Shown here: piece by piece, positions 24,073-32,000 of the stretch
Layout of the letters: every line of letters starts with the position of its first letter
How positions within the stretch are numbered: the stretch's first letter is position 1
DNA from: Prochlorococcus marinus subsp. pastoris str. CCMP1986
Lineage (GTDB): Bacteria > Cyanobacteriota > Cyanobacteriia > PCC-6307 > Cyanobiaceae
Assembly: GCF_000011465.1 (NCBI RefSeq)
Contig: NC_005072.1
Location: forward strand, 1,200,001-1,232,000
DNA: 32,000 nucleotides
Direction of reading: 5' to 3'
Position numbers and translations under genes: made by a program
The notes under the pieces: model-generated
Seen by the model: only the letters and a program-made list of their open reading frames with translations
The model's database searches: none
Told to the model about the DNA's origin: nothing

Positions 24073-25080
24073 TTAAAACTGCTTTAAGAATCTAAGATCA
24101 TTAGTATAGAACCTTCTTATATCATCAATCTGATGTCTCACCATACAGAATCTCTCTACACCTAATCCAGCAGCAAATCCAGTCCATTTCTCAGAATCAA
24201 TTCCTAATTTTTCTAGAACCTTTGGATCTACCATTCCACAACCCATTACTTCTAACCATTTACCTTTCCATTGAACATCAACTTCTGCAGAAGGTTCAGT
24301 AAAAGGGAAATAACTAGCTCTAAATCTTACAGGAATATCTCCAAAAAAAGTTTTTAAAAAAGTCAGCACAGTTCCTCTTAAATGACTAAAGTTTATATCT
24401 TGATCGATACATAAAACCTCCACTTGATTAAAAACAGGAGAGTGAGTAGCGTCTACAGCATCTCTTCTGTAAACTCTTCCTGGAGCAATAATTCTTACTG
24501 GAGGTGGATTATTTTCAAGATATCTAATCTGAACAGGTGATGTATGAGTTCTTAGTAGACGATTTTCATCTAGATAAAAAGTATCCTGCATATCTCGAGC
24601 TGGATGATTTTTAGGTATGTTAAGTGACTCAAAATTATAAAAATCACTCTCTATCTCTGGGCCATTCTCTACTGAGTATCCTAATCCGCAAAAAATATCT
24701 ATGATCTCATCTTGAGTTGAAATTAAGGGGTGCTTATTCCCAGGAAGGGTTCCTGTGGAAGGAATCGTAACATCAATTTTTTCATCTTCGATCTGTTTAT
24801 CTATGGCTTCACTAATAAGTTGATTTTTTCTTTCAGTAATTAAATCTTGCAAGTTTATCTTTATCAAGTTTGCCTTCTGTCCAATAATTGGTCTATCAAC
24901 AGAAGATAATTTGCCCATAGTCTTCAATATTATTGATAATTCTCCTTTTTTTCCTAACAAAGAGACTCTTAATTGGTCCAATTCAGAATCACTTTTCGCA
25001 TTTTTTATATTTTCATTCGCGAGGAGGGAGAGATTATTTAATTTGCCCTCAATTTGGCTTAATGATTCAATTTGACTCAC
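24073..25080 (-). CDS. pheS: Phenylalanine--tRNA ligase alpha subunit
   Basis: Class II aaRS motifs: [53 protein letters not shown]. Confidence 0.95.
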   Translation of the reverse strand: MSQIESLSQIEGKLNNLSLLANENIKNAKSDSELDQLRVSLLGKKGELSIILKTMGKLSSVDRPIIGQKANLIKINLQDLITERKNQLISEAIDKQIEDEKIDVTIPSTGTLPGNKHPLISTQDEIIDIFCGLGYSVENGPEIESDFYNFESLNIPKNHPARDMQDTFYLDENRLLRTHTSPVQIRYLENNPPPVRIIAPGRVYRRDAVDATHSPVFNQVEVLCIDQDINFSHLRGTVLTFLKTFFGDIPVRFRASYFPFTEPSAEVDVQWKGKWLEVMGCGMVDPKVLEKLGIDSEKWTGFAAGLGVERFCMVRHQIDDIRRFYTNDLRFLKQF

Positions 25081-25147
25081 TGATATAGTAAAAATAGATA
25101 TAGTTTTATCTTACTTAAATATTGTCCATAATAAAATGTATTGATTA

Positions 25148-25957
25148 ATGGAATCATTAAATATTTTAATAAGTAATGACGATGGGGTTTTCGCTGAGGG
25201 AATAAGAGCTCTAGCCAAATCCGCATTAAAAAAAGGGCATAAAGTAACAGTAGTATGTCCGGACCAAGAAAGATCGGCGACTGGTCATGGCCTCACTTTG
25301 CAGTCACCTTTGAGAGTTGAAAGAGCAGATGAATTATTTGATAAAGGTATTAAAGCTTGGGGTTGTTCAGGGACCCCTGCTGATTGCGTTAAACTCGCAC
25401 TATCAGAATTATTAGATAAAAAACCTGACTTAGTTCTTTCTGGAATAAATCATGGTCCAAATTTAGGAACAGACATTTTTTGTTCTGGAACAGTAGCTGC
25501 AGCTATGGAAGGTACTTTAGAAAATGTTCCATCAATGGCAATAAGTGTTGCGAGTTTTAAATGGAAAAATTTTGAATTTGCAGGTGAAATTGCAATGAAT
25601 ATTGCTGAACAAGCAATAAAGGATAGTTGGCCAAAGTCTCTTCTTTTGAACTTGAACATACCTCCTTGTGAAAGAAATAAAATAAAGGAATTATCCTGGA
25701 CAAGATTATCAATCCGAAAATATAAAAACCAATTTTCTAAAAGGGAAGATCCAAGAGGCGATGATTATTATTGGTTAGCAGGTGAGGCTGTTTTAGATCT
25801 TAAATCAAAAGGTGATGGCCCCAAGAATTGGCCTAGTGATGTCTCTCAAATACAAGAAAATAAAATTTCTCTTACACCAGTAGAACCAGACTTGTTTTGG
25901 AGAGGAAGTATAGATGTGTTACCAAAAATCAATACTTCATTTATAAATGCTTCTTAG
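25148..25957 (+). CDS. surE: 5'/3'-nucleotidase SurE
   Basis: N-terminal [19 protein letters not shown], and [10 protein letters not shown] motifs. Confidence 0.93.
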   Translation: MESLNILISNDDGVFAEGIRALAKSALKKGHKVTVVCPDQERSATGHGLTLQSPLRVERADELFDKGIKAWGCSGTPADCVKLALSELLDKKPDLVLSGINHGPNLGTDIFCSGTVAAAMEGTLENVPSMAISVASFKWKNFEFAGEIAMNIAEQAIKDSWPKSLLLNLNIPPCERNKIKELSWTRLSIRKYKNQFSKREDPRGDDYYWLAGEAVLDLKSKGDGPKNWPSDVSQIQENKISLTPVEPDLFWRGSIDVLPKINTSFINAS

Positions 25958-26470
25958 CAACCATAAAGAGAAGCAAAGTCCAAAGAAATGAGCGGCGATA
26001 ACTTGTGTATTACTTAGTACTGATAAAATCTCAAGACCAGTAATAGGAATATCAGATGACGCCGTAATAAGTTGACCAGTTGTTTGAGAGGAAGCCTGTA
26101 TAAAAAGTGCACCCATAAGTGCTTGATATCCAATTAAGCCAAACAAAATTCCTAACAAATCATTTATTAAGCCTCTTTTTATTAATTTGCTTGTTTGCCC
26201 TCTAGAGGGTCTAGCATTACTTGCAATTGCTCTGCCAGTTCTGACTATTAACCAACCTTGCCACAAACTAAAAAGTAGTAAAATCAAAGAAATTGTTGTT
26301 AGAGATAGACCCGGAGTCAAACTCAGTTGTCCTTCGCTTTTATTTACAACATTTGAAAAAAGCAAAACAGCTGTTACTACAACACCTAAAATGGATTGAA
26401 GCCAAAAGCGTATCCACCCAATGCGCCGCATTCCAAATGAAAGCGACTGAAAATCAATTTTGTCAGACAT
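25937..26470 (-). CDS. Conserved four-TM membrane protein (DUF3611-like; family recalled, unverified)
   Basis: A 177-aa ORF with four hydrophobic helices. It overlaps surE tail-to-tail by 21 nt. Confidence 0.6.
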   Translation of the reverse strand: MSDKIDFQSLSFGMRRIGWIRFWLQSILGVVVTAVLLFSNVVNKSEGQLSLTPGLSLTTISLILLLFSLWQGWLIVRTGRAIASNARPSRGQTSKLIKRGLINDLLGILFGLIGYQALMGALFIQASSQTTGQLITASSDIPITGLEILSVLSNTQVIAAHFFGLCFSLWLLRSIYK

Positions 26471-26537
26471 TCATTTGATTGAATAACTATGATCTATTCA
26501 AATTTGCCATCAAAATCATAAAATTGCACGTTATCTT

Positions 26538-27461
26538 GTGATCTCTTTAATATCACCATCTGAAGTTAAGCAGCCCACCTCAATCGCTATTGGTAGTTTT
26601 GATGGTCTGCACGCGGGTCATAGAAAATTAATAGAAAGTGTTGTTAAAGAAAATGATTACACACCCACAATCGCAAGCTTTTGGCCACATCCAAGAGAAG
26701 TGCTCTATAAAGAAACTCGTCTTAGACTTGATCTACCAGAGGAAAAGCTCCCTATCCTTGAAGATCTTGGCATAGAACAATTGGTTCTAATTCCCTTTGA
26801 TAAGAATCTTTCTAAATTAAGTGCAGAGAAATTTATTAAAAATATTTTGATCAATCAATTACAAGCAAAAAGTATTTCAGTAGGGGCTAATTTTAGATTT
26901 GGCTTCAAAAGAAGTGGAGATATTAATACAATTAAACTTGCCACAAAAGATTTGGATATAAAACTAAAAATCATTTCAATTTTAGAGGATAAGGGAGGAA
27001 GAATTAGCAGCAGCAGAATAAGAGATTTATTACAAAAAAGTGATTTAAAGAATGCTTTTAAAATACTTAATAGGCCATACAGTTTTAAAGGAAAAGTAGT
27101 TAAAGGAAAAGGTATTGGGAAGAGCCTAGGATTTCCTACAGCAAATCTTGAAATAGATGGAAGAAAATTTTTACCTGGTGAAGGAGTCTATGCAGCATGG
27201 TCTACGATAAATAATTCTTCCAATAAAATTGCCTCTGTTATGAATCTTGGTTCTCAACCAACTATTGATCCTCTCTTGCCATCTGCTGTTGAAGTTCATT
27301 TAATTAATAAAGATATCAACCTATATGGGCTAAATTTATCAGTAGAACCTATTGAGAAGCTAAGATCACAAATCAAGTTTCAAAATATTGATGAACTCTC
27401 TAATCAAATTACAAAAGACAGAGAAAATGCATTAAAAATTCTTTGTAAGCATAATAAATAA
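26538..27461 (+). CDS. ribF: Bifunctional riboflavin kinase / FMN adenylyltransferase
   Basis: GSFDGLHAGH (nucleotidyltransferase HxGH), with a C-terminal riboflavin kinase domain (GKGIGKSLGFPTANL, GVYA). GTG start. Confidence 0.9.
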   Translation: MISLISPSEVKQPTSIAIGSFDGLHAGHRKLIESVVKENDYTPTIASFWPHPREVLYKETRLRLDLPEEKLPILEDLGIEQLVLIPFDKNLSKLSAEKFIKNILINQLQAKSISVGANFRFGFKRSGDINTIKLATKDLDIKLKIISILEDKGGRISSSRIRDLLQKSDLKNAFKILNRPYSFKGKVVKGKGIGKSLGFPTANLEIDGRKFLPGEGVYAAWSTINNSSNKIASVMNLGSQPTIDPLLPSAVEVHLINKDINLYGLNLSVEPIEKLRSQIKFQNIDELSNQITKDRENALKILCKHNK

Positions 27462-27469
27462 ATTTCTAT

Positions 27470-28525
27470 ATGAAAAACCCAAACATAATTCAACCTGAAG
27501 ATTTACGAATATCTCAAATTATTGACGCTAATTTAGATAGAGCAAGAGAAGGTCTAAGGGTTTTGGAGGACTGGGCCAGATTTGGCTTGGGTAATGAAGA
27601 TTTTGTTATAAGAATAAAAAACTTCCGACAAATATTAGGTAAAAATCATTTAGAAATTTATAAATTATCAAGAAACCATATTGAAGATCAATGCAAAGGG
27701 TTATCTCATGTCGAACAAATCAACAGGAATAGTTCCTCTAAAATAATAAGTTCTAATTCTGCAAGAGTTCAAGAAGCGCTTCGAGTTATTGAAGAATTTT
27801 CAAGGATTCATAATAGTAAACTTTCTAAAATAGCTTCCGAGATTAGATATGAAATTTACACTTTAGAAATTGAAATATTAAATTTCAATACTCGTAAGAG
27901 AGCACAATCAATAATTAGTAAAAACAATTTATATTCGATAACAGACCCAAGAGAAAACTTATTAGAAATAATTGAAAAAATATTATTAGGAGGGGTAAAA
28001 ATAATTCAGCATCGATTTAAAGAAGGTAATGATAAAGACCATCTCAAAGAGGCAATTGAAATAAATAAATTATGTAAGAAATATAATTCTTTGTTCATCG
28101 TTAATAACAGATTAGATATAGCATTGGCATCAAAGGCAGATGGTGTTCATCTTGGTCAAGACGACCTCGATATAAAAACAGTAAGAAAATTACTTGGTGC
28201 CTCAAAAATCATTGGAGTTTCAGCCAACAATTCAACTGACATCAATAAGGCTGTAAAAGATGGATGCGATTACATTGGAGTCGGGCCAGTTTTTCCAACT
28301 TTGACAAAGAAAAATAAAGAACCTCTCGGTGAAGAGAAAATTAAGGCCTTAACAAAAGAACTAAATATTCCTTGTTTTGCAATAGGAGGAATTAATAAAT
28401 TAAATATCTCTTCTCTAAAAAATCATGGAATTAGTAAGGTTGCAATAGTTTCTGGGCTGCTAAATTCAGAAGATCCAAAAGATGAAGCTATGATTATCAT
28501 AAAAGAATTATCCCATGAAAATTAG
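27470..28525 (+). CDS. thiE: Thiamine-phosphate synthase with an N-terminal extension of about 150 aa
   Basis: The ThiE TIM-barrel part starts near LYSITDP (residue ~153), with VHLGQDD and IGVGPVFPT further on. The N-terminal domain contains an internal repeat. Confidence 0.88.
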   Translation: MKNPNIIQPEDLRISQIIDANLDRAREGLRVLEDWARFGLGNEDFVIRIKNFRQILGKNHLEIYKLSRNHIEDQCKGLSHVEQINRNSSSKIISSNSARVQEALRVIEEFSRIHNSKLSKIASEIRYEIYTLEIEILNFNTRKRAQSIISKNNLYSITDPRENLLEIIEKILLGGVKIIQHRFKEGNDKDHLKEAIEINKLCKKYNSLFIVNNRLDIALASKADGVHLGQDDLDIKTVRKLLGASKIIGVSANNSTDINKAVKDGCDYIGVGPVFPTLTKKNKEPLGEEKIKALTKELNIPCFAIGGINKLNISSLKNHGISKVAIVSGLLNSEDPKDEAMIIIKELSHEN

Positions 28526-28724
28526 TGTTAACGGTAAAGAAAAAAAAATAGAACTAGAAAATGAAAATGCTTTACTTTCAAGCACTTTAGAATTCCTAGG
28601 ATATAAGCAAAATACTGTGGTAGTCGAAGTAAATGACTTAATTATTAACTCAAAAAAATGGGATAGTGAAATACTTAAAGAAGGCGATAAGTTAGAAATC
28701 GTATCTATTGTTGGAGGCGGATAA
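28515..28724 (+). CDS. thiS: Sulfur-carrier protein ThiS
   Basis: A 69-aa ORF ending in ...IVGGG (C-terminal Gly-Gly). It overlaps the thiE stop by 11 nt. Confidence 0.85.
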   Translation: MKISVNGKEKKIELENENALLSSTLEFLGYKQNTVVVEVNDLIINSKKWDSEILKEGDKLEIVSIVGGG

Positions 28725-28836
28725 TTTACTATGTAGTAGAAATTCGGAAATCTTCATATTTTTTTAACGTTAAGCATGAAACAATAACCCAATTTTTAAT
28801 TTTTTCATTTTATATTTTTAATACTTTAACAAGAAA

Positions 28837-29004
28837 ATGAAAGAAAACCTAAATCAAAATTCAAGATCTTTGAAATGGGAGCCGAATGGTGAATTAGCCC
28901 AAAAAGATTTATCCGAATTAATCGAAAGATTAAAAAATGTAGAAGGTGATGATACTTCTTCAGAATTATCAAGATTAGGTACCAAATCGAACATAATATA
29001 TTAA
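28837..29004 (+). CDS. Possible small protein (55 aa)
   Basis: Manual translation gives MKENLNQNSRSLKWEPNGELAQKDLSELIERLKNVEGDDTSSELSRLGTKSNIIY then stop. The composition is charged and non-repetitive. No family was recognised. Confidence 0.3.
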   Translation: MKENLNQNSRSLKWEPNGELAQKDLSELIERLKNVEGDDTSSELSRLGTKSNIIY

Positions 29005-29070
29005 TTTTGTTACTAAGAGCTTGTTTTTAGAGAAATCTATATCAAATTATAATTACTGTAGATTAAATAC

Positions 29071-29205
29071 ATGACCAAAAGATATCCAGAATGGGTAAAT
29101 ACGAGTGTTGTTATAAAGGCTATAAAAATGCGGGAAGAAGGATTACTTTCTAAACAACTAAATTTATGGATAGAGAATTTATTAGAAATCGAAAAACATA
29201 ATTAA
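29071..29205 (+). CDS. Possible small protein (44 aa)
   Basis: Manual translation gives MTKRYPEWVNTSVVIKAIKMREEGLLSKQLNLWIENLLEIEKHN then stop. It ends 3 nt before the convergent larB-like stop. No family was recognised. Confidence 0.3.
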   Translation: MTKRYPEWVNTSVVIKAIKMREEGLLSKQLNLWIENLLEIEKHN

Positions 29206-29208
29206 CCT

Positions 29209-29865
29209 TTAGCAAATCCTTTTTATAATTCTTAGCGCAGCCATTGCCGCTCCATAACCATTGTCTATATTCATAACCGAAATCCCAGGAGCACAACTTG
29301 ATAACATACTATTTAGAGCAGTTTCTCCATTCTTACTAACTCCATACCCTATGGAAACCGGCACCGCAATTATAGGTTGAGATAATAATCCTCCAATAAC
29401 AGTTGCGAGAGCTCCTTCCATTCCCGCACAAACTATAAGAACATCGTATTTATTAATTTCCTCTATTTCACTGAATAAACGATGAAGTCCTGCTACTCCT
29501 ACATCTATAAAAGTTTGACAGCTAACTCCATAAATTTCTAGAGATAATTTAGCTTCAAGTGTTACTGCTAAATCACTAGAGCCTCCTGAGATTATTGCTA
29601 CTTTTTTATTTGTCGAGAATTTATTTAAATTTTCACCAATTATAAAGCAATTTGCTTCTTCAATAAATCTCCCCTCCTTAAAGATTTCTAATAAATGTGC
29701 AGCTTTTTCTTTATCAATACGCGTAATAAAAACTACTTCTTTTTTTTCTAAGACTTCTTTAGACACTCTCTCCAATTGATCTATACTTTTATCTGCACCC
29801 CAAATCGCTTCAATAAGTCCAATTCTTCCTCTTCTCTGGAAGTCAAACCTAATATCTAAATTCAT
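29209..29865 (-). CDS. PurE-like NCAIR-mutase-fold protein (LarB / circadian phase modifier CpmA-like)
   Basis: VAIISGGSSDLAV...VIGGLLSQPIIAVPVS...MNIDNGYGAA is a PurE/LarB-type fold signature. Cyanobacterial homologues are annotated CpmA (recalled). Confidence 0.75.
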   Translation of the reverse strand: MNLDIRFDFQRRGRIGLIEAIWGADKSIDQLERVSKEVLEKKEVVFITRIDKEKAAHLLEIFKEGRFIEEANCFIIGENLNKFSTNKKVAIISGGSSDLAVTLEAKLSLEIYGVSCQTFIDVGVAGLHRLFSEIEEINKYDVLIVCAGMEGALATVIGGLLSQPIIAVPVSIGYGVSKNGETALNSMLSSCAPGISVMNIDNGYGAAMAALRIIKRIC

Positions 29866-30308
29866 CCTTGTTTAACTAACTCTCCTTCATAAATTAATTC
29901 AAAAGGATTAACATTTGTATTCAAAGATGTTTTAACGTTTTCTTCGAATTTTTCTTGCACCTCATTTACTTCGTTCATTGATATACTTTTCCATAGTTTT
30001 TTATTTTCCCAGTTTACCAATATTAAAGCTTCTTCCTTTTCTTTATCCCAGAATATTTGTCTACCTAAAAAACCAGATTGAATAGATAACCAAGGCTCCC
30101 AAACTTCTTTTTCAGCCTGAAGCCATACTTTTTTAAACTCAGAAGGAATCTTAAGTCTTAATTCTTCTGTGACAGGTCCACTTTGATAAGTATCCATGGG
30201 AAGAGCATTAAGGGTTGGAGAATTGATTTGAAAAAGAAAAATGAATAGAAAAATAAATAAAAAAGAAAGGTTTTTTATTTTCTCTTTAACATTAAATTTT
30301 ATTTTCAT
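29862..30308 (-). CDS. Conserved hypothetical protein with N-terminal signal/anchor (possibly a small ABM/Dabb-like fold)
   Basis: A 148-aa ORF with hydrophobic [15 protein letters not shown] near the N-terminus. It has 4-nt ATGA overlaps with both neighbours. The family assignment is tentative. Confidence 0.6.
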   Translation of the reverse strand: MKIKFNVKEKIKNLSFLFIFLFIFLFQINSPTLNALPMDTYQSGPVTEELRLKIPSEFKKVWLQAEKEVWEPWLSIQSGFLGRQIFWDKEKEEALILVNWENKKLWKSISMNEVNEVQEKFEENVKTSLNTNVNPFELIYEGELVKQG

Positions 30309-31528
30309 TCTTTTTTCTCAAGCAACACTACAGAGTGACAACTTATTCCTTCCTCTCTACCCTCAGGTCCCAATTTCTCATTTGTGGTAGCCTTTATTCC
30401 AATAAAACTACCATTAATTTGTAAGGTATTGGAAATATTATTCTTCATTAGTTGCACATGGGGTTTAATTTTTGGTCTTTCAGCCACGATAACGCTATCA
30501 ATATTATTAACTTCCCAACCTTCCTTTCTAATTAATTCAATAACTTTAGATAATAAAAATAAACTATCAGCATTTTTCCATTTCTGATCAGATGGTGGGA
30601 AATATTTTCCAATATCTCCAAGAGATAGAGCTCCTAATAATGCATCCATTATTGAATGACTAAGAACGTCAGCATCACTATGACCATCAAGTCCTAAATT
30701 ATCAGGATGCTGCATCTTAACTCCTCCAATTATTAAGTCCCGCCCCTCCACTAATCTATGAATATCATATCCATTACCTATTCGGAATTTCATTATTTCA
30801 TTTGAGTCTCTGTTTATTCTCTTACTTTTTGGTAATTTTTTATAGTCATCATTCGAAATCAAATCATTTCTTCTATCCAAGGTCCTTTCTAACATTTTTT
30901 GCTTACGCCATAATTTAATCTCTTCATGATTACCACTAACCAGAATATCTGGTACCCTCATTTCTCTAAAAATTAAAGGTCTAGTGTAATGAGGATATTC
31001 TAATAAAGAAGAATTATGACTCTCATCTATTAAGGAGCCTGGATCTCCTAGGGTTCCTGGTAATAATCTTGTTAAGCCATTTATTATAGATATAGAAGGA
31101 ATTTCGCCACCTGAAAGTACATAATCACCGATAGAAACCTCTTCATCAGCCAAGCATCTAACTCTTTCATCAAAACCTTCGTATTGCCCACAAATAATTA
31201 TCAATTGATCCAAAGAAGACCATCTTAAAAGATCCTGCTGCTTCAAGACTTTACCTTGTGGAGTCATTAATAGAGTTTTACTATTCGGTAATTTATCTAT
31301 TGAATCATGAGCCTTGTAGATCGGTTCTGGTTTTAAAACCATCCCTGAACCTCCCCCGTAAGGCTTATCATCTACTTGCCTATAATTACCTTCTCCGTAT
31401 TCTCTTAAATCGTGCAAGTTAACATTAATCAGATTTTTCTCTAAAGCTCTTGTTATGACCCCTAAATTATTGATTAATTCAAAAGCTTTGGGAAACAACG
31501 TAATTACGTCAAAATTGAAACGAGTCAT
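30305..31528 (-). CDS. trmD-ispF: In-frame fusion of tRNA (guanine37-N1)-methyltransferase TrmD (residues 1 to ~225) and MEcPP synthase IspF (residues 246-407)
   Basis: The TrmD part carries [39 protein letters not shown]. The IspF part carries [38 protein letters not shown]. There is no stop codon between them. The internal ATG is at 30793-30791. Confidence 0.85.
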   Translation of the reverse strand: MTRFNFDVITLFPKAFELINNLGVITRALEKNLINVNLHDLREYGEGNYRQVDDKPYGGGSGMVLKPEPIYKAHDSIDKLPNSKTLLMTPQGKVLKQQDLLRWSSLDQLIIICGQYEGFDERVRCLADEEVSIGDYVLSGGEIPSISIINGLTRLLPGTLGDPGSLIDESHNSSLLEYPHYTRPLIFREMRVPDILVSGNHEEIKLWRKQKMLERTLDRRNDLISNDDYKKLPKSKRINRDSNEIMKFRIGNGYDIHRLVEGRDLIIGGVKMQHPDNLGLDGHSDADVLSHSIMDALLGALSLGDIGKYFPPSDQKWKNADSLFLLSKVIELIRKEGWEVNNIDSVIVAERPKIKPHVQLMKNNISNTLQINGSFIGIKATTNEKLGPEGREEGISCHSVVLLEKKE

Positions 31529-32000
31529 TTAATAATCCACCTCATAACCTAGCTCCATTAATTTTGATTCTTTTTTTCTCCAATTTGGAACAACTTTTAC
31601 AAACAACTCCAAGTGAACTGGACCATTTATTAACTTCTTCATATTTGATCTTGCACTCTGACCGATAGTCTTTAACATCGAACCTTTTTTACCAATAAGA
31701 ATTCCCTTTTGACTTGTTCTCTCAACAATAATTGTAGCCAAAATAGCCGTAAAATTTTTACCCTTATCTCTTTTAATTTCCTTAATTTTTTCTATGTTTA
31801 CTGCAACACTATGGGGAACTTCCTCCCTTGTATTGATTAATACTTGCTCTCTAACTAAATCCGCTAATAAATTATCTAGAGGTTGATCGCATATTGTCTC
31901 TTCCTCGTAAAGCATTGGTCCTATTGGGAGGAAATTTAAAATTATATCAATCAATTCAGAGCACCCATCTCCTTCAGATGCACTTACAATTTGAAAATTT
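31529..32000 (-). CDS. era: GTPase Era, C-terminal part (KH domain); the gene continues beyond the window end
   Basis: ...REEVPHSVAV...KGILIGKKGSMLKTIG (KH GxxG motif)...VHLELFVKV..NWR. The frame stays open to 32000. The stop TAA directly abuts the trmD ATG. Confidence 0.88.
   Translation of the reverse strand, partial: NFQIVSASEGDGCSELIDIILNFLPIGPMLYEEETICDQPLDNLLADLVREQVLINTREEVPHSVAVNIEKIKEIKRDKGKNFTAILATIIVERTSQKGILIGKKGSMLKTIGQSARSNMKKLINGPVHLELFVKVVPNWRKKESKLMELGYEVDY

Noticed and set aside
27462-27469. Looked for TPP, FMN and cobalamin riboswitches upstream of thiE, ribD/ribF and cobL
   Set aside because: The upstream spacers are too short for a riboswitch aptamer: 8 nt before thiE, 13 nt before ribD and 67 nt before ribF. 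The cobL start is overlapped by a divergent ORF. No conserved aptamer core sequences were recognised.
2904-30587. Seventeen short ORFs from the track that lie antisense to, or out of frame with, long well-supported genes. They are 2904..3152, 7492..7698, 12877..13293, 14395..14631, 15466..15714, 16021..16209, 16450..16758, 16755..17069, 17255..17455, 19080..19304, 21241..21519, 21506..21724, 22566..22937, 25450..25659, 26187..26399, 26293..26478 and 30384..30587.
   Set aside because: Each is embedded in, or largely overlaps, a longer ORF that has clear family motifs. Their translations are low-complexity with no recognisable motifs, as expected for shadow ORFs on the opposite strand of real genes.

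Overview
This AT-rich, tightly packed bacterial chromosome segment looks like a marine picocyanobacterium, most likely a high-light-adapted Prochlorococcus. That call rests on recalled family motifs and synteny (lexA-argF-ftsH-ribD, cobL-nadK-pheS-surE, ribF-thiE-thiS, larB/cpmA-like-trmD-era); no search was run. The window has two parts. Positions 1 to about 16290 form an accessory cell-surface glycan island. It has long AT-rich spacers and a tRNA-Ala(GGC) in its middle. Its genes include a NodU/CmcH carbamoyltransferase with SxtJ-like and DUF5989/SxtK-like partners, a frame-split SGNH-like gene, an LbH acetyltransferase, a SAM methyltransferase and two GT2 enzymes. It also carries a GT-C-like polytopic membrane protein, an atypical SDR, two tandem DegT aminotransferases, a UDP-glucuronate decarboxylase-like enzyme and a UDP-glucose dehydrogenase. 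Positions 16278 to 32000 are compact core housekeeping genes. The main things worth a second look are listed here. (1) An A8 slippery tract sits exactly at the frame junction of the split SGNH-like gene. (2) A 53-aa DUF5989-like ORF is missing from the ORF track and completes a carbamoyltransferase/SxtJ/SxtK-type trio. (3) A tRNA 3'-half-like element lies about 4 kb from the intact tRNA-Ala, on the same strand, and has the same anticodon loop. (4) The gene set follows an Arn-like logic: Ugd, decarboxylase, aminotransferases, a polyprenyl-P GT2 and a GT-C-like protein. (5) There is a perfect 50-bp tandem duplication beside the tRNA. (6) Two LexA-box-like sites abut the lexA start codon. (7) trmD and ispF are joined in frame with no stop. 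(8) An extended SDR has Y-x-x-x-H in place of Y-x-x-x-K. No integrase, transposase, CRISPR or recognisable defence genes were seen.
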